Origin: Acanthaster planci
Lineage: Eukaryota
Reading direction: 5' to 3'
Assembly: GCF_001949145.1 (NCBI RefSeq)
Contig: NW_019091360.1
Coordinates: 2,353,599-2,417,598, forward strand
Length of the DNA: 64,000 nt
The notes under the pieces were generated by a model. That model had not been told where the DNA came from. It made no database searches and was given only the letters and a program-made list of their open reading frames with translations. How positions within the stretch are numbered: the first letter of the stretch is position 1; each line of letters starts with the position of its first letter. Positions 13,290 to 25,962 of the stretch are shown in pieces. The position numbers and the translations under genes are program-made.

Positions 13290-13635
13290 GAGAAATGCTG
13301 TCCTAGAAAGTCATGGAAAAATGGGAAAATACAGGATGCTCTTGAATCCTATTGTCAGAGGATAACAAGTATGGAAAAGTCATGGAAAATCGTGGAAATC
13401 AAGATCATGTAAGCCTTGCACAGGCTGTTTTTGATTGGCCACATTTTATCTAATAATAAAAATGCTAAATTTACAGGCTGTATCCTTGTTTGCAGTAGTT
13501 GCTACAGAAGTCTTCCAGTTCTTAAATACTGAATGACTTTTCTCTGCAAAATTACATTAAGGGTCCCAAAAAATTTGTCAAATTTTAGACCTGGGAAGTT
13601 ATGGAATTTGGTTGTCATATTTCTGTGAGAACCAG
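13290..13635. repeat. Decayed interspersed repeat with several (ga)aaagtcatggaaa subrepeats
   Basis: Repeated gaaagtcatggaaa / gaaaagtcatggaaa / gaagttatggaa words, resembling subterminal repeats of a DNA transposon. Termini not resolved. Confidence 0.45.
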
Positions 13636-14831
13636 GCATTGAGGTCTGTGGTTTATACCAGGCTCACCACAACAGAGTAATTATTTAAAAGGTCATCCAG
13701 TCCAGTGTGTGTGTGACATTGTTTCCAATATGTGTGCTGTGGGCTTGAGCAAAGTCCATGTTGATGTGTTGCTGGGGCATAGCATTCCACATACCATACA
13801 AGGCATTCAGGGTGTCATCAGCGCCAGTAAGATGGCTGCATCCATCAGAGAGTAAGTTTTGTTTCTCTTCATGTCAACACTTGCAATTGTTATGGGGGAT
13901 TTTTTTTCTTTGCCATGTGCTGTGTACCACTGCATGCACATTTCAAGTGAAAACTTACCGACCTCTGGAAAGGTTACAGTTACTCAAGGGAGTACAAGTG
14001 TTTTCTATTTTGTGAACAGTTAAAGAAGTTGTTATGAAATCAATTTATTATTTTGTAGACAACATGAATAAATGTCAAAGAAAACAAATGCTGAATATAT
14101 TGTATATTCATTCTAGGAAGGGTATTTTTATAATTTTATCACAGTATAATGACGACTAAATGCAAATCAATTATGCACTTTGGGGATTTAAGTTTTAACC
14201 CCATTTCTGAGTGGAGAACTCTCTGCTGTTGAATTTACTAATTATTTTACCGTATTCCAAAAGTCTTTTAGTTTGCAAACCAAATTCAATTTGATGTTAT
14301 CATCTATAGAATCTGTTTTTTCCTTTTCTTGTTTGGTTAAAATATTAAGTGAATAATAAAAATAAACCGACTTATCAATTTTAATTGAAGTTTTTCATTT
14401 GACTAAGGTTTAATTGAATTTCTTTAAGATTTCAAGATTATTCTTCAAAGTAGCCTTTTGATCTTTGAGAAACATTGATTAATTTTTCACTACTGCCTGG
14501 TTCACCAAGCAATCCATACAACTACACGAGGTAAAGTGGTCTGAAACCTGACCATTAAGAATTCTTGCAGGAAGGCATTCAGGGAATGCTATCGTATTGA
14601 ATTTGTCTTTCAACCTGCCCTCCTGGAGATGATGAAAATTACGTATGCGCTCAGTCCGTCCTGGAGTTAACCTTGATGGTTGTTTATGTCACGGTCGCAC
14701 CTGGGCTTGTTTTTGCGGTTCTTTGCTGGCTGACGTTGCCCCTGGATTGATAGGGTTCACCCTGGTTGTTACCCTAAAGTCCGTGCTGAGTCGCTGTTAA
14801 ATAGGAAAAAGCCAGACGGCAAGGGGCGGTC

Positions 14832-14843
14832 ATGTACGGAAGG
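14832..14843 (+). CDS. PPP1R12A: Second candidate alternative first coding exon (M-Y-G-R), with putative 5' UTR from about 14652
   Basis: gtcATG TAC GGA AGG|gtaaat gives a phase-0 donor compatible with exon 15987. Inr-like TCAGTC at 14651 and a locally CpG-richer leader. Confidence 0.4.
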
Positions 14844-15986
14844 GTAAATACAACCAGTGTGCTGTGAATGCCCATAGTACTCCAAGAACGTGTGTTTAGG
14901 TGTAGATCCAGGGTGTGCTGTGTAAATTATCAGCTGCTTCTAAATTCAGAGGCTGTGGAATTTGCCTTGTGTCAGTGGTAACATTGTCCTTGTCTTGTCC
15001 TTTTTCTGTCAGATGTACTGCAGATATTTACTGAGATTATATCAAAAGGGGCTCAGCAGAATTGGTTTTTGATAGGAAGCAAAGGCACTTGGGTTTGTTG
15101 GGGTGGGCGGGTCGGTTGCATGGGAAGTATCAGATGGAATGGGTTGCCGTGGTTTCACCCCTAGAGAAGCCTGGCTCTGACAGCAGGCAAGAACAATGAT
15201 GAATGGGACGGGGTAAATTAGAATTCATGACCAGTTGTGGATGATAAATTTATCTTGGTTCAAGTGTGACGTGCGGGTAGGCCAGGCATGAAAACTCAGT
15301 CCTGTAAGTGTACTTTTCCTAATGTCCCAAATGTGAGGTCTCATGTTAACAGCAGTAGCAATTGGGGTGAGCAGTTCAGGCAGATGAACCTGTTGAGGTG
15401 AAGGAGCACGTCCATTGTGTTGCAGTTGGAGACCTTTGTGTAAATTGCTGCCGTTCACTTCATGAAAACTTTAAAAGGGTCCTTTCAGGTTATGCGTTGG
15501 CCATGCACTGTTGCGGCAAACCCCATATGAGAAAAAAATGTCAGGCTGCTTAAATCCATCAATCTTTCTAAAAAGTGACATCAGCCATCCTTATCCACAA
15601 CACATTCTTTGTCAACCCACAGATATTATTGTCCACTTTTTCGGTGAGGTGTCAGTGAAGCAGTTATGCCATCAACACTTCATAAATGTCTGAATGTGCA
15701 TTTTCTGCCGTAACTGTTAACGATGTTGGTTTTTTTCCCCTTCTCATATGCTGTTTATTTTCTTCTCAAGCAATAAATCTCGAATCTGTTGGACTCATTT
15801 TCAGCATGATGGCTGTTCAAATTTCTGAGCTTATAAGTTGGTATTTACGAGCCGAGTTCTTTCCCTTTATATAATGCAGTTGGTGCTCTAAGTGACTTGA
15901 TTGCAGCAGAATCATTTTTTTCCCCTCCAATTTAATTCAAACCAGAATTGTTCATTCAATTTCTTTTTTCCCCCTGTATTTTGCAG

Positions 15987-16036
15987 ACTGCAGATCGGTA
16001 CAGCAGACCACTTTCAACAAGCTCGATAGGTAGCAG
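15987..16036 (+). CDS. PPP1R12A: MYPT1-like exon TADRYSRPLSTSSIGS-R, phase 0 to 2
   Basis: Strong acceptor ttttttccccctgtattttgcag, donor CAG|gtagga. The phase is required to join exon 5287-5343 to exon 16673. Confidence 0.87.
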
Positions 16037-16672
16037 GTAGGAATCTATCCACTCATCGCCTTGCTCAAATTATCGCTCCTTGCTAAATCTCATCCTTCAA
16101 CAATGGGCATTGTTTTCAAAGTTATAAAGAGGGAAACACGTGGAGTTGCTCTGCCTTCCAATGCAGGATCAGTGTTTGCCTATTACTGGAAGCGGAACCG
16201 AGTTTTCCTTCAGAATACCGATGTTGCCCTCTTGCAAGCTTGCAGAAAACTGTTAGATGAATGAATAGATGAAAAAATAAATCTTCATTGTCAGTGGTGG
16301 AAACAAAACTTGTGAGAGATTTTTATCAGAATGTCTACTCAGTCTGCGTACAGGATGAAAAACCCTATTTAGAGCAGATGGGATTCAAACCTACAGCAGA
16401 ACAGAACGTAATACTGCCACTTTACTCCGTTCAAAAAGGAATTTGAGACATGAAAAAGGTATACATCACTCCTTTCCTAAAAGCCACATGGTGGAGTAAG
16501 TTTTCCTACAATTCTAGAAGCACAAATGCTTTTAAAATTTCAAATGTCATCAAATTTCATCAAAGTCCGCATGCATGTCCTGTCGTCGCTTCCCTTTTTA
16601 TTTCTCATCTTCCCAATTCGTTTGTTTTTACTTTTCACTTTATGAAAAAACAAATCTTGCGTTTCTTTCCAG

Positions 16673-16823
16673 ACACAGTGACACTTCCTCAACACCATCT
16701 TTATCTGATCGCTATGCAAGCCGCACCGGGTCAGGGTCTTCTTACACTCGGGACAGAGACAGGGACCGAGATCGCGAGAACGAGAAGACGGCTGCAGGAA
16801 CACCCTGTCAGAACTGCAAAAAG
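16673..16823 (+). CDS. PPP1R12A: MYPT1-like exon HSDTSSTPSLSDRYASRTGSGSSYTRDRDRDRDRENEKTAAGTPCQNCKK, phase 2 to 0
   Basis: Acceptor gtttctttccag, donor AAG|gtagcc. Ends in ..KK before the coiled coil, like vertebrate DFKK|LYE. Confidence 0.9.
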
Positions 16824-17282
16824 GTAGCCTTGCTTTTTGTGTGGGTGTTTGTTTTGTTTTTTAAATGAATATAGGATTGAGCGAAAGAAGAAAAAAATGA
16901 ACAGAGTTTTGCATGTTCAAAATTTTCAAGCTCTTACTTTTGACCTAAGTCTTTAACATCTGTTAACAAGTTTTCACATTTCTGTCTGAAAAATTATTTG
17001 CCAAATGTTGGCATAAGAGTTGATTTTTCGAAGAAGATCACAATATGGTGTTCAGCAGAATTTTATGCATTTCATTCACAACTAATGTGAAGGAAAGGTT
17101 TGATGCATGTATTCAGCATTTTTACAAAATAATGGCTTATGGTCTGATTTTATCTGCCAAATTTTCAAATGGTTTTGTCTGCACAAGGGGGGGGGGGTTT
17201 AGAACAGTGCAAAATGGCCTTTGATACTGATTGGTATGCCATTTTGAGTCATGCACATTTTATTTGTATATCTTTTGTCCAG

Positions 17283-17432
17283 CTGTTCGAAGAGCAGCAG
17301 TCATTGGTCACAAAACTCCAGGACCAGGTCAAAGAGCGTGACCTCGAGGTCGCCGGGCTGAAGATGCAGTTGGAGAAGGCCCAGCAGAAATCGGATCGGT
17401 TCGATACCAAGTCGGTTGATAACGAAAAGAGG
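17283..17432 (+). CDS. PPP1R12A: MYPT1-like coiled-coil exon LFEEQQSLVTKLQDQVKERDLEVAGLKMQLEKAQQKSDRFDTKSVDNEKR
   Basis: Acceptor tcttttgtccag, donor AGG|gtaagt. Similar to MYPT1 LYEQILAENEKLKAQL...LKLQLEKATQRQERF...EKR. Confidence 0.95.
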
Positions 17433-17573
17433 GTAAGTATAAGCCAACTCTCCAGATTGTACAAAAGTGATTGATGAATTACAGCATTTTACAGCTTGGA
17501 ATGAAAGAAGTCAGTTTCCTTAATCTCCTGATTTGAATAGTCTAATTCCATATTTGTTCATATCTCATTGCAG

Positions 17574-17624
17574 GAGAGAAGGGCACTAGAAAGAAGGCTC
17601 TCAGAATTGGAGGAAGAACTCAAG
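17574..17624 (+). CDS. PPP1R12A: MYPT1-like exon ERRALERRLSELEEELK
   Basis: Near-identical to vertebrate ERRALERRISEMEEELK. Canonical cag / gtaaag boundaries. Confidence 0.97.
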
Positions 17625-17832
17625 GTAAAGGACAAATCAAGTCGTCTACTTTTGAGTGGTCACTTTCGCTGAAGCGGCCATTAACCCGTCAGATTTGCAG
17701 CTATTTCCACAGTTTACTGGGATACCAGACTTCTTGCAATTGCTGAAGTTCAGAAACCCAGAAAGGCAATGATATGACATTAATGAAATTGTGAACAACT
17801 TTCTGAATGTCTTCCCTTTTTTTTTTTTTCAG

Positions 17833-17919
17833 GCTATGGAGCAACTGAAGGCAGACAACCAACGTCTTAAGGACGAGAATGGAGCTTTAGTACGAGTCAT
17901 AAGCAAGCTGTCCAAATGA
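17833..17919 (+). CDS. PPP1R12A: MYPT1-like terminal exon, PKG-interacting leucine zipper [28 protein letters not shown]
   Basis: Diagnostic MYPT C-terminus [15 protein letters not shown][IV]RVISKLSK. Poly-T acceptor, TGA at 17917-17919. A single invertebrate gene would be co-orthologous to PPP1R12A/B/C. Confidence 0.98.
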   Translation, partial: AMEQLKADNQRLKDENGALVRVISKLSK

Positions 17920-20900
17920 TGAATCTCTCTTGCTAGCGTCATGTAGTGTTTTCATTTATCGTTTTGATGTCTTCATTTCTTCCAGGGGAGAAAGAGAGAA
18001 ACAAACCCAAAAAAATCACCAGAAAAAGGGTTAGAGATGATGCCGTGGTCGTGTGTGTTCAAAGTAGAGGCTAGCTTGGGAAGATTTGATGCTGCGTATT
18101 GCTTAGACACTGCCATGCACGTGAATGCATGACCATTATTCACATAACTGCGTTTAGATGTACGCAGTTTGCCTTACCTGTCTTAAGTAAAGACTACAAA
18201 CTCAGAGGCCCCCCTCTTCCAAAATTATTTTGGAGTTGGGGGGGTTCTTTCAAAATCAAAACAGAAGCCATTGTCGATTTTCAGTGGGACTCGTCACATT
18301 ACACAGCAAACTCTCTCTGTGTCCTCCTCGCCCCGATTGGGATTAAACATCTTCAACACAGTGTTTGGTACATTGGTTGGCATTGGTAGTACGCTTTTGG
18401 CCGAGTGGCCGCCAGTTTGTCCATTGTGTCGAAATGGGTCAAGCTGAACGCAGTGTGTCACCAATCTGCTCGGTGATCATAATCATGTAAGGGGCATTTA
18501 CATAGCGTGTATAAGCAACTCACTTGCAATGGCAAGCGTGCGTGGAGGTCTCATCTGCGTGCAGGATCATCTCAGCCCTTTTGGACGTAGTGCAAATCAG
18601 GGTGAGCGCCATCTAGATTGTGGTTTACAAAAACTTGTGAGTTCAGGGATTCGTGTAGAGGCTGCCATTTTTTGGGAGGCAGGCAAAAGATTCAACTGTT
18701 CAGCATGTCTTTGGTTGATTTTTGTTTTCCCTCTTTTTTTGAAGAAAGTGTCTATTTTCAGTTTAAGTCCTATGTGATATTTTTATGCAGTGTCATCTAA
18801 ATGGCCTATCTAACATTAAATAAAGCACTTGTAGATCTATTATAACAGCATCATTAGCGTCCACCGTTCTCTGCAAATTGAGCCTTCTTTTTTGGTTCAG
18901 TTTGGAACGACAAGCAACTTCAAAGGATGTATCGGTTAACTGAAAAAGAAAAACCCTACGAAGCCCAGACCGTTTGTGATGCACTTGGCCAAGTTGTAAC
19001 TGAAGGGACATGATTTTCACTGGTGAGACATTGAATTATTCGGACAGTTGCTGTATCATCTTGCAAAATTGCATAGAAACAGTCTGCACATTTGTGCTGC
19101 AGATTGCCCTGAAAATGGCAGCCTTCCATAGGTCCTACCTCCCCAGAATGTCCGCATCATCTTCTGATGCTGTGACATTGAGGTTGTATCGAGCGTATGT
19201 AGCCTTCCCCGTACTCTTTGTTGGGCAGTGGAGCAAACTTGATTACTCTGGACAGTACTGCCCTCAAGACTAGCTCAGCTTCCTTCCGAGTTCTTCCTGT
19301 AGGAAGTTGGATCTCAGCTAGATGGGGTTAGTCATGCTCGTCTTAGCACTAGCAGAAGTGAACAAGGAGCCTATGGACCATAGAGCATATTCCCAGAATT
19401 CCCTCCGTCTCTCTAAACAGAGTTGATGCATGAAGTCCAATGCATGAAGTGCGCAAACCCAAGGTTTTTCCCAGGGATGAAGTTTACAGTTGTTTTGTTT
19501 GACATGTTCAGTGGTTCTTGTCAGCTTCTGCATTTGGCTTCATCCTGTTAAAGGGCGTGCCTTTTGTACGTTTAGTGGACGGGTGCATCTGCCCTGAAGA
19601 TTCTTCTGAGTTGACTTCATATTTGCATCTTGATGCAGAAGGATGTTTGGCCACCTTGTAATCACAGACTCATTGCAGTTTGACAGTTTAGGAGTCGAAG
19701 GGCTGCCTCAAGTATGCTTAAAGCAGACCTTGATACTACTTAAGTCACAACTCAAAGGAATGCAGAGTTTTGCTCCACTGCCTAATAGCTACTCCATGAG
19801 TTTCTCAAGAGTTGTCATAGCTTGTAATTTGACTGTTGTGTTTTCCATCTTTCCATTTCACTAGTGTAGAGTTTTTCAGTAGCAGCGTAACCTGTACATA
19901 ACCCCTCACCCTCTTCACAAAATAATCATGTACAAGTGACACAAGAAACTGAAAATGCTAAGAGGGAGAGTTTTAAAAGTAAAAAAAAAAGTCACAGGAA
20001 ACTTAAAAGAACTTTCAACTGTTAATTTGTAAATTGTACAGAAAAATAATGTTTAGCCTTTTTGTAGGCAGGGGAGAGTAACGTGTTAAGACCTCAGGTG
20101 ACGCCATATTGCAAGTAGACTAATACTGTTAAGGGGTGCATTGTATTTTTTGAGATGGGGTTTAGAAGTTCAAGAAGTTAAAGGAAGAATTGGCATGTTG
20201 CCAGTAACTTATTACAGTTCCTGTACGGTGTGCCAGGATGCTCTTACTGATGACAAGTAGAGTATTTTCCAGGTATAAGGATTCGTCTGTGATGCACATG
20301 CTACACTGCTCAGTCGAATAGTGGTGGCAGAAGTGGGATAGCCAAGCCCATGCTACACACTGCTCAGTGGAAGAGTGATGGCAGAAGTGGGATAGCCATG
20401 CCCATGCTAGACATTGCTCAGTGGAAAGATGGTGGCAGAAGCGGGATAGCCATGGCTGTTAAGAAAATGCAGGACAGTTCATACTCGGTGCTTTCATGGA
20501 ACTTGTGAATCTGCGGCACAGTGACTCTGCCTTCAGTGCCTTTCTTCCGCCAACATCTTGAACTTTTTTTCCTCCAGAGTTTGCCTTGTGATTTTGCAGT
20601 GGGCAATGAAAATCAACTTTTGTTGGTAAGGGACGTACCGTATTTAGCATGTGTGCAATATATGGCATCTGGATCTTCGTTAACAAAACATAGATTCTAT
20701 TTATTGTAGTTGTTAATCCACATGCCGCCAAGATACAGTAAGTTGTCAGAATTTTTTTGTAGTTGAATTAGAAACGGTTTGAAGGAATTATCTTTGGTAG
20801 GTCCACTCTAGTTGATTTCCCTACGCTCAGTTTGTTCTTAGAAAGTCACTGTGACCTTTCTTTTCTGGTGAAAGTTTCATAGTTGACCAGTAACTGGAAC

Positions 20901-23900
20901 TTTCAGATTGCAAAGGCACTCCAGGAAAAGGAAAATCCAAGAGACGTCTCCAAGCAGAAGACAAAAAAAAACCAGATTGAAAAACTAAACTCAAATCATT
21001 ATGAAGAATATTCTGGGCACGATATCCGTCCAGAGAATGGTTTCAGTTGTAACAACTTTCAAGTGTAGAAGCTGAGGTCTTTTGTAGACTTTAGTCTGTA
21101 AGTTTTCACAGTTTGTAATACTGAGATTTCTTCCCAAGAAGGACATTTTTGAAACTATGTGCCCACTGGTCAGAATAAAATATGTCATTTCTTCATTTCC
21201 TTTATTTCATATTTCAAGTCATTTGGAGCTCATGCTGTATGGCACGTGTCCTTGCCTTTTTGTACTTTTTGTATATTTGTATAAAAATAGATTGTATTTT
21301 AATAGGTTTAATATTGTGGGCCCTGTTAGCTTATTATTGGCTTATTATTTAATAGTTTTATTTTATACTAGCACCTTTAACCTGCTTAAGCCAGCTGTGT
21401 AGCATTGATATTCCCTGATTTCAAGGAGCGCACTGTCTAGAGCCCATTTTGTGCTGTATAGAAAAGTATACAAGATTTGTCCGTCAAACATTGGAAGTTT
21501 CAGAATGTGCCATCAGCATTTTGTACAAAATCTGCATTTCTTAATTCCTTTTGAATGTGCTTGTTTTTTTGGGGGGGGGGTGTTTTGTTTTTCAGACAAA
21601 ATTTGAAAATTCTGCAGAAGGAAACCTGTGCTTGGACTCTTTCAGTGTCAAATCAAAAAATCTCCAAATGTTATCCCCCCAACACATTTAGAAAGTCCCA
21701 TGTCAGCACGCTGTCATTCACGTACAACTTTAAGATCATCTTTGAACTCTCTGTTCATTTCCCAGCATCTTTCCTGGAGACTCACGCCCCCAAGTCTCCA
21801 GGCTTTGGCCGAGGTTTTTGAGCATCACTCTAAAACTCATTACTCAAAACTGTTGGCAAGACCTGGGTACTTATCATTGATACGAGAACACACTCACCAG
21901 CTGTGGCTTTCTTGAGCTTGGAATTTTTATCCAAGTCGGCGCCGATCACTGGTGGTTTTAAATGTGCTTAAAACGTCTGTGGGAGATATAGCATACAACC
22001 TCCATTAAAACCACGGCACTCATAGTTGCAGTTGGTCAATAATCTTTGGACATTTTTCTCTGACGAATAGCTCCGTTAATTGAGCTGTTGAATTGAAAAG
22101 CTTATTTTTTTCTTGATTTTCTCATTTATATGTTGACATTGCAGATTTAAGCACATGTCTTTCATTTCATCATGTCTGTTGCTGTGATGGCTGCTTGAAT
22201 AGAGTGACAGCTTACAACATTTCTCAATCTCGCTAATAACAAGTGCATTAAAATGTGCATCAGTACCACTAGGCATTAACAAAGAGCAGAGCATAAATAA
22301 TTGCATTTCTCTTTTTTGTGGCCATGCTTTGTGTCTTCCAACCAAGAAAATCTCTAGTAATTATGATTTGCATGCACAAAAATACTTATTAATGACACCA
22401 GTTACCAGTGTAATTGAGTCTGTATTTTTTACCATATTTATTTATTGTAGACTGGACGTCAGTAACAACTTAAAGTTTCAGATAAATAATGATCGAGTGG
22501 AACAACTCTATGTACAAGCGACAAGAAATTTAAATACAGTTGTTGAGTTAGAATGTTAAAAGTCCTTTCGTTGAGTGTTTTTGGAACATGGAAGGGACAT
22601 GTTGTAATATTGTGAATACTATTCTAGAATACCAGCTGAATTTTTTCCTTAATACAGACTTTGGATTGCCATGTCAGAGTGTTGATTACCAATAGTCGAG
22701 TTCTGAAGAAACAATCAATAACTTGGAAGTGGGCAGATGTTTTGAGGGGTATGTAGAAAACTGCATGAAACGGCCGTCTGCTTTTCCTGCAGTCCGCATC
22801 AGCAGACGACTGTTTGAGGACTTTTCTTGGGTAGGTTTGTTTCAATTTATACATTGAGGGCTGTTTGAAGTCACTTTCTTTGGGTATTATGAGTAGTGCT
22901 TTTTGAGTAAAACTTACACAAATATTCCTGCTGTGGTGTGAGCTAATAATATAAACGATTGATGTTTAAAAAAAAATACTGTGGTAGAGTGTTGTTGACA
23001 CATGGAAATTAGCTTCCACTGTTTGAGCATTGATTGTAAAAACTAAAAATCGGTTAAATTAGCCATTCCAGTACTTTCTCAAATTGGTGTGATCAAGCCA
23101 GTTACGTTGTTTTGTTTTTTTCATTGCGGATTTACCAGCATGTAGTGCTCCACTGCTGTTACATAAGTAAGGAGGGGAAGATTAAATGTGCGATTGGTTA
23201 AACATCCTCTGATTCAAACAGACACTGAATGCTGACATCCCAGTGCGCTCACACCATAAGCAAAATGACAGCAAGGTGTGTTACTATCTCAAATGGAAGC
23301 TACATTTTCACGTTTGTAGGTTTTGTTCCTGGGCCTAACGCAGACTTATGTGATTGTCCCAAGTATTCTAGCCATCCCGGTACCATAGGGAAATATCCAC
23401 CTCTTGACTTTTTGTGCAGATCATCCTGAATTTCTGCCTAGAATCCCATGCGAATGGTCTGGGACACTTCACATGTCCAGCATACATCCATTGTCTGCAT
23501 AAGGGTACCAGACTCTTCAAAAGTGTAAAGGACTAACTGCTGTTGAATCTGAGACGTAAACTTGAGGAATCTTGTAAAAGAGATTAAACTTCACTTTCAT
23601 TGCCAACTCAAAATCCAGAAAACAATTCACAGTAGTCCAAAGTCGAGTTTCCTTTATTGTTGTGTAGGACATTTACTGCCCAATTCCGTAAATGTTCCGT
23701 AATGTTACTATGTTTCAGACTGGTATCTGCTGAGGTTTTACTGCATTTTGAATGGCCCTCGTTAAATCGATGTTACCCACACATTGAACGATGTAGATAC
23801 ATGGCATGATGATTATGTATGTTAGTGTGAAAGAAACTGAACTGTTGCCGTAGAAGAAAAACTGTATATTAATAAGACATATTTGGCTGAGGACTAGGGT

Positions 23901-24660
23901 TTACCTCTAGTGCAACATGATAGTTTGTTATTAGAAAACAAACAAGAAAAATAACAAGAAAAGTAGCCAGACATGGCCACAAAGCTCAAAGAAATTTTCT
24001 TTTTCTTTTCACATTAAACAAAATCTCTGAACACTTGTGTGCCTTAGCGTAATTTCTCGAGTTGATTTGTTGGAGAACAATCTTAAATATTGTAAATTGG
24101 GCTTCAAGTATTCAAACAGTGTTTAATTAAGTAATGTGATTTAATTTATTAAATTATTGTATACAACCATCACTCACAAAATTTGGGCCTGTGATCAGTC
24201 CATGGACTGTTAATTCATTTCTTGCCTGAACTGGACGTCAGTGATGTACTAAATAACACTGATGTCACAAATATTTTGGTTTCAACGTGGGAAAAGTATC
24301 CAGCTCCTACATTATAATTAGGTAATGCAGAAAGCATTCATGGCCGATCCAGTGCGCTTAGTATTCTTGCGTGACCTTTTACCTTTGAGACCATAGATTG
24401 CTTGTTTCCATACTTTTTTTTCGTTTGTTTTGGGCAAGTGGCTTCATTCGGGGATGCACATTCATCAGCATATATAGGCCCATTGACTGTTATTACTAAA
24501 AAAGTTTGTTTCGACATACCAAATTATATGAACTGTTTCTCAATCATGTATGTTGGTTTCCTTGTAGAAAAAAAATATTAATAACATTTTAGGTAGATAA
24601 GACATGGAAATTTGCAGCTTTAAAATAAAATGTTTGTAATATGACAGAAATGAATTCCTT
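17920..24660 (+). other. Probable long 3' UTR of the MYPT gene with alternative poly(A) signals
   Basis: No credible exons. AATAAA at 18819-18824, 21174-21179 and 24624-24629; the last is followed by a GT/T-rich tract and then a switch to CpG-rich intergenic DNA. Confidence 0.5.
20297..20455. repeat. Tandem repeat, three copies of a 52-54 bp unit (catgctacacactgctcagtggaagagtgatggcagaagtgggatagccatgcc)
   Basis: Units start at 20297, 20349 and 20403 and align by eye with a few substitutions and small indels. Confidence 0.92.
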
Positions 24661-25764
24661 GTTTCTTGAATTTTGGTACTTAAATGCATTAGAAACCCCA
24701 TCGATATTTAGATAAGTCGGGTATCTAGGATAAATTTATTTATTTTAAATCGAGACTTATCCCAAGAGACGCCGATTACTTTGGTATTGTGGTGTTTTCG
24801 CGCATCCTTCAAGTTGAGCACGCAGTTTAGCAAGTCATACAACATCCTATCCGCCTCGAGCGGAGTAGGAGAGGGCGCAATTTGTTCTAGAAACGGAGGC
24901 TCGGTGGAAACTGCACTTCGGTGGTTCACAAAGGACAATAAAATGCGTACGTTACGGTCGTATGGCTACCAACAAGGTGAACGCTCCTCGCCAACTTGGC
25001 TTTTTATCAATCGATGGGAGTGCTTCTGCTCAAGGTGCATTGGTCCCAGCAAAGTTAAATGCGCGCGTAACGCCTGCAAGCGAGCGTTGTGCTACTGCAT
25101 TTTGTGACGCCGTAACTGCGGTGACACCATAGAGCTAAAAATGGGTGACACCACTCTTGCAGTTGGCAAATCACGACACCCTATTGGTCGAAGAGGCAAG
25201 TAACGCGTGTGTGCCACCTGCCCACTAGCGTTGTACCTCCGCATTAATGTCACCCCCCCCCAGGTTTCTAGTTTACAGCAGGATCCAAAGTAGTGAGCTC
25301 TACCGCCCAAACTCCCCGATTAAACGTCAAGTTCTGCGGTACACGCTGGAAGAAATTACTGTTATTGATTTATTCCCTTGACGTCAAGGGCTGGTCCATT
25401 GACCCATGCTTCAGAAATTCAGGAATATATTGCTGCATGATGTTTATGGCTTGAAAGAAACGCCAATTTGTAGTCTTGATTTACCATCTGTTGATAACAC
25501 TGCATCGCGGGCCACCATTTAAAATTAATTTGAGCAGACTGATAGAACGTTTGGTAACTGCGATACCAGATTGTCTGGTAACACCGAGCATTACACTGGT
25601 GGGGATCACGGGGGGGGGCAGATATTGGAGGTAAAGCCCGAACAGGCGAGCAGGACATATATTTCTCATCTTGATGAAAAAACGTTGCCTTTAAGGTGAT
25701 TATATAACCATGTTGAGAACAGAAGGCAGGGAAAAAAGGAGGCCAGGTGCGCCCTCTGTATCAT

Positions 25765-25962
25765 TCACTCTCTAAATCTGAAAAAAATGAAACTAGGAAT
25801 CAAACGTTTTAGAGTGAAACTCTCTCTGAATTTAGAGTGGAATAGAAGAAAATGTTGAAAAACTCGATCTATTTAGAAACAAGATTTTCACTCAAATGTT
25901 CTTCGAATTGTCCGTAGTTTCATTCGGGTTGAGTGAATGTTCACACTTTTGAATTTTAGAGA
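25765..25962. mobile_element. Degenerate CACT-ended MITE-like palindromic repeat
   Basis: cactctctaaa...ttttagagact termini with internal tttagagtg / ttcactc repeats. Confidence 0.4.

Noticed and set aside
13832..13857. aagATGGCTGCATCCATCAGAGA|gtaagt as another alternative first exon
   Set aside because: Phase 2: out of frame with exon 15987 (early TAG), and in frame only if that exon is skipped. There is no other support.
17625..17832. Equivalent of the vertebrate 31-nt MYPT1 alternative exon that removes the leucine zipper
   Set aside because: An acceptor-like ctatttccacag (ending 17712) exists, but no convincing donor follows it. An LZ-negative switch cannot be supported.
20297..20455. 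CRISPR array, iron-responsive element or ribozyme
   Set aside because: No unique spacers, eukaryotic context, CAGTG loops lack the IRE stem, and there is no hammerhead core.
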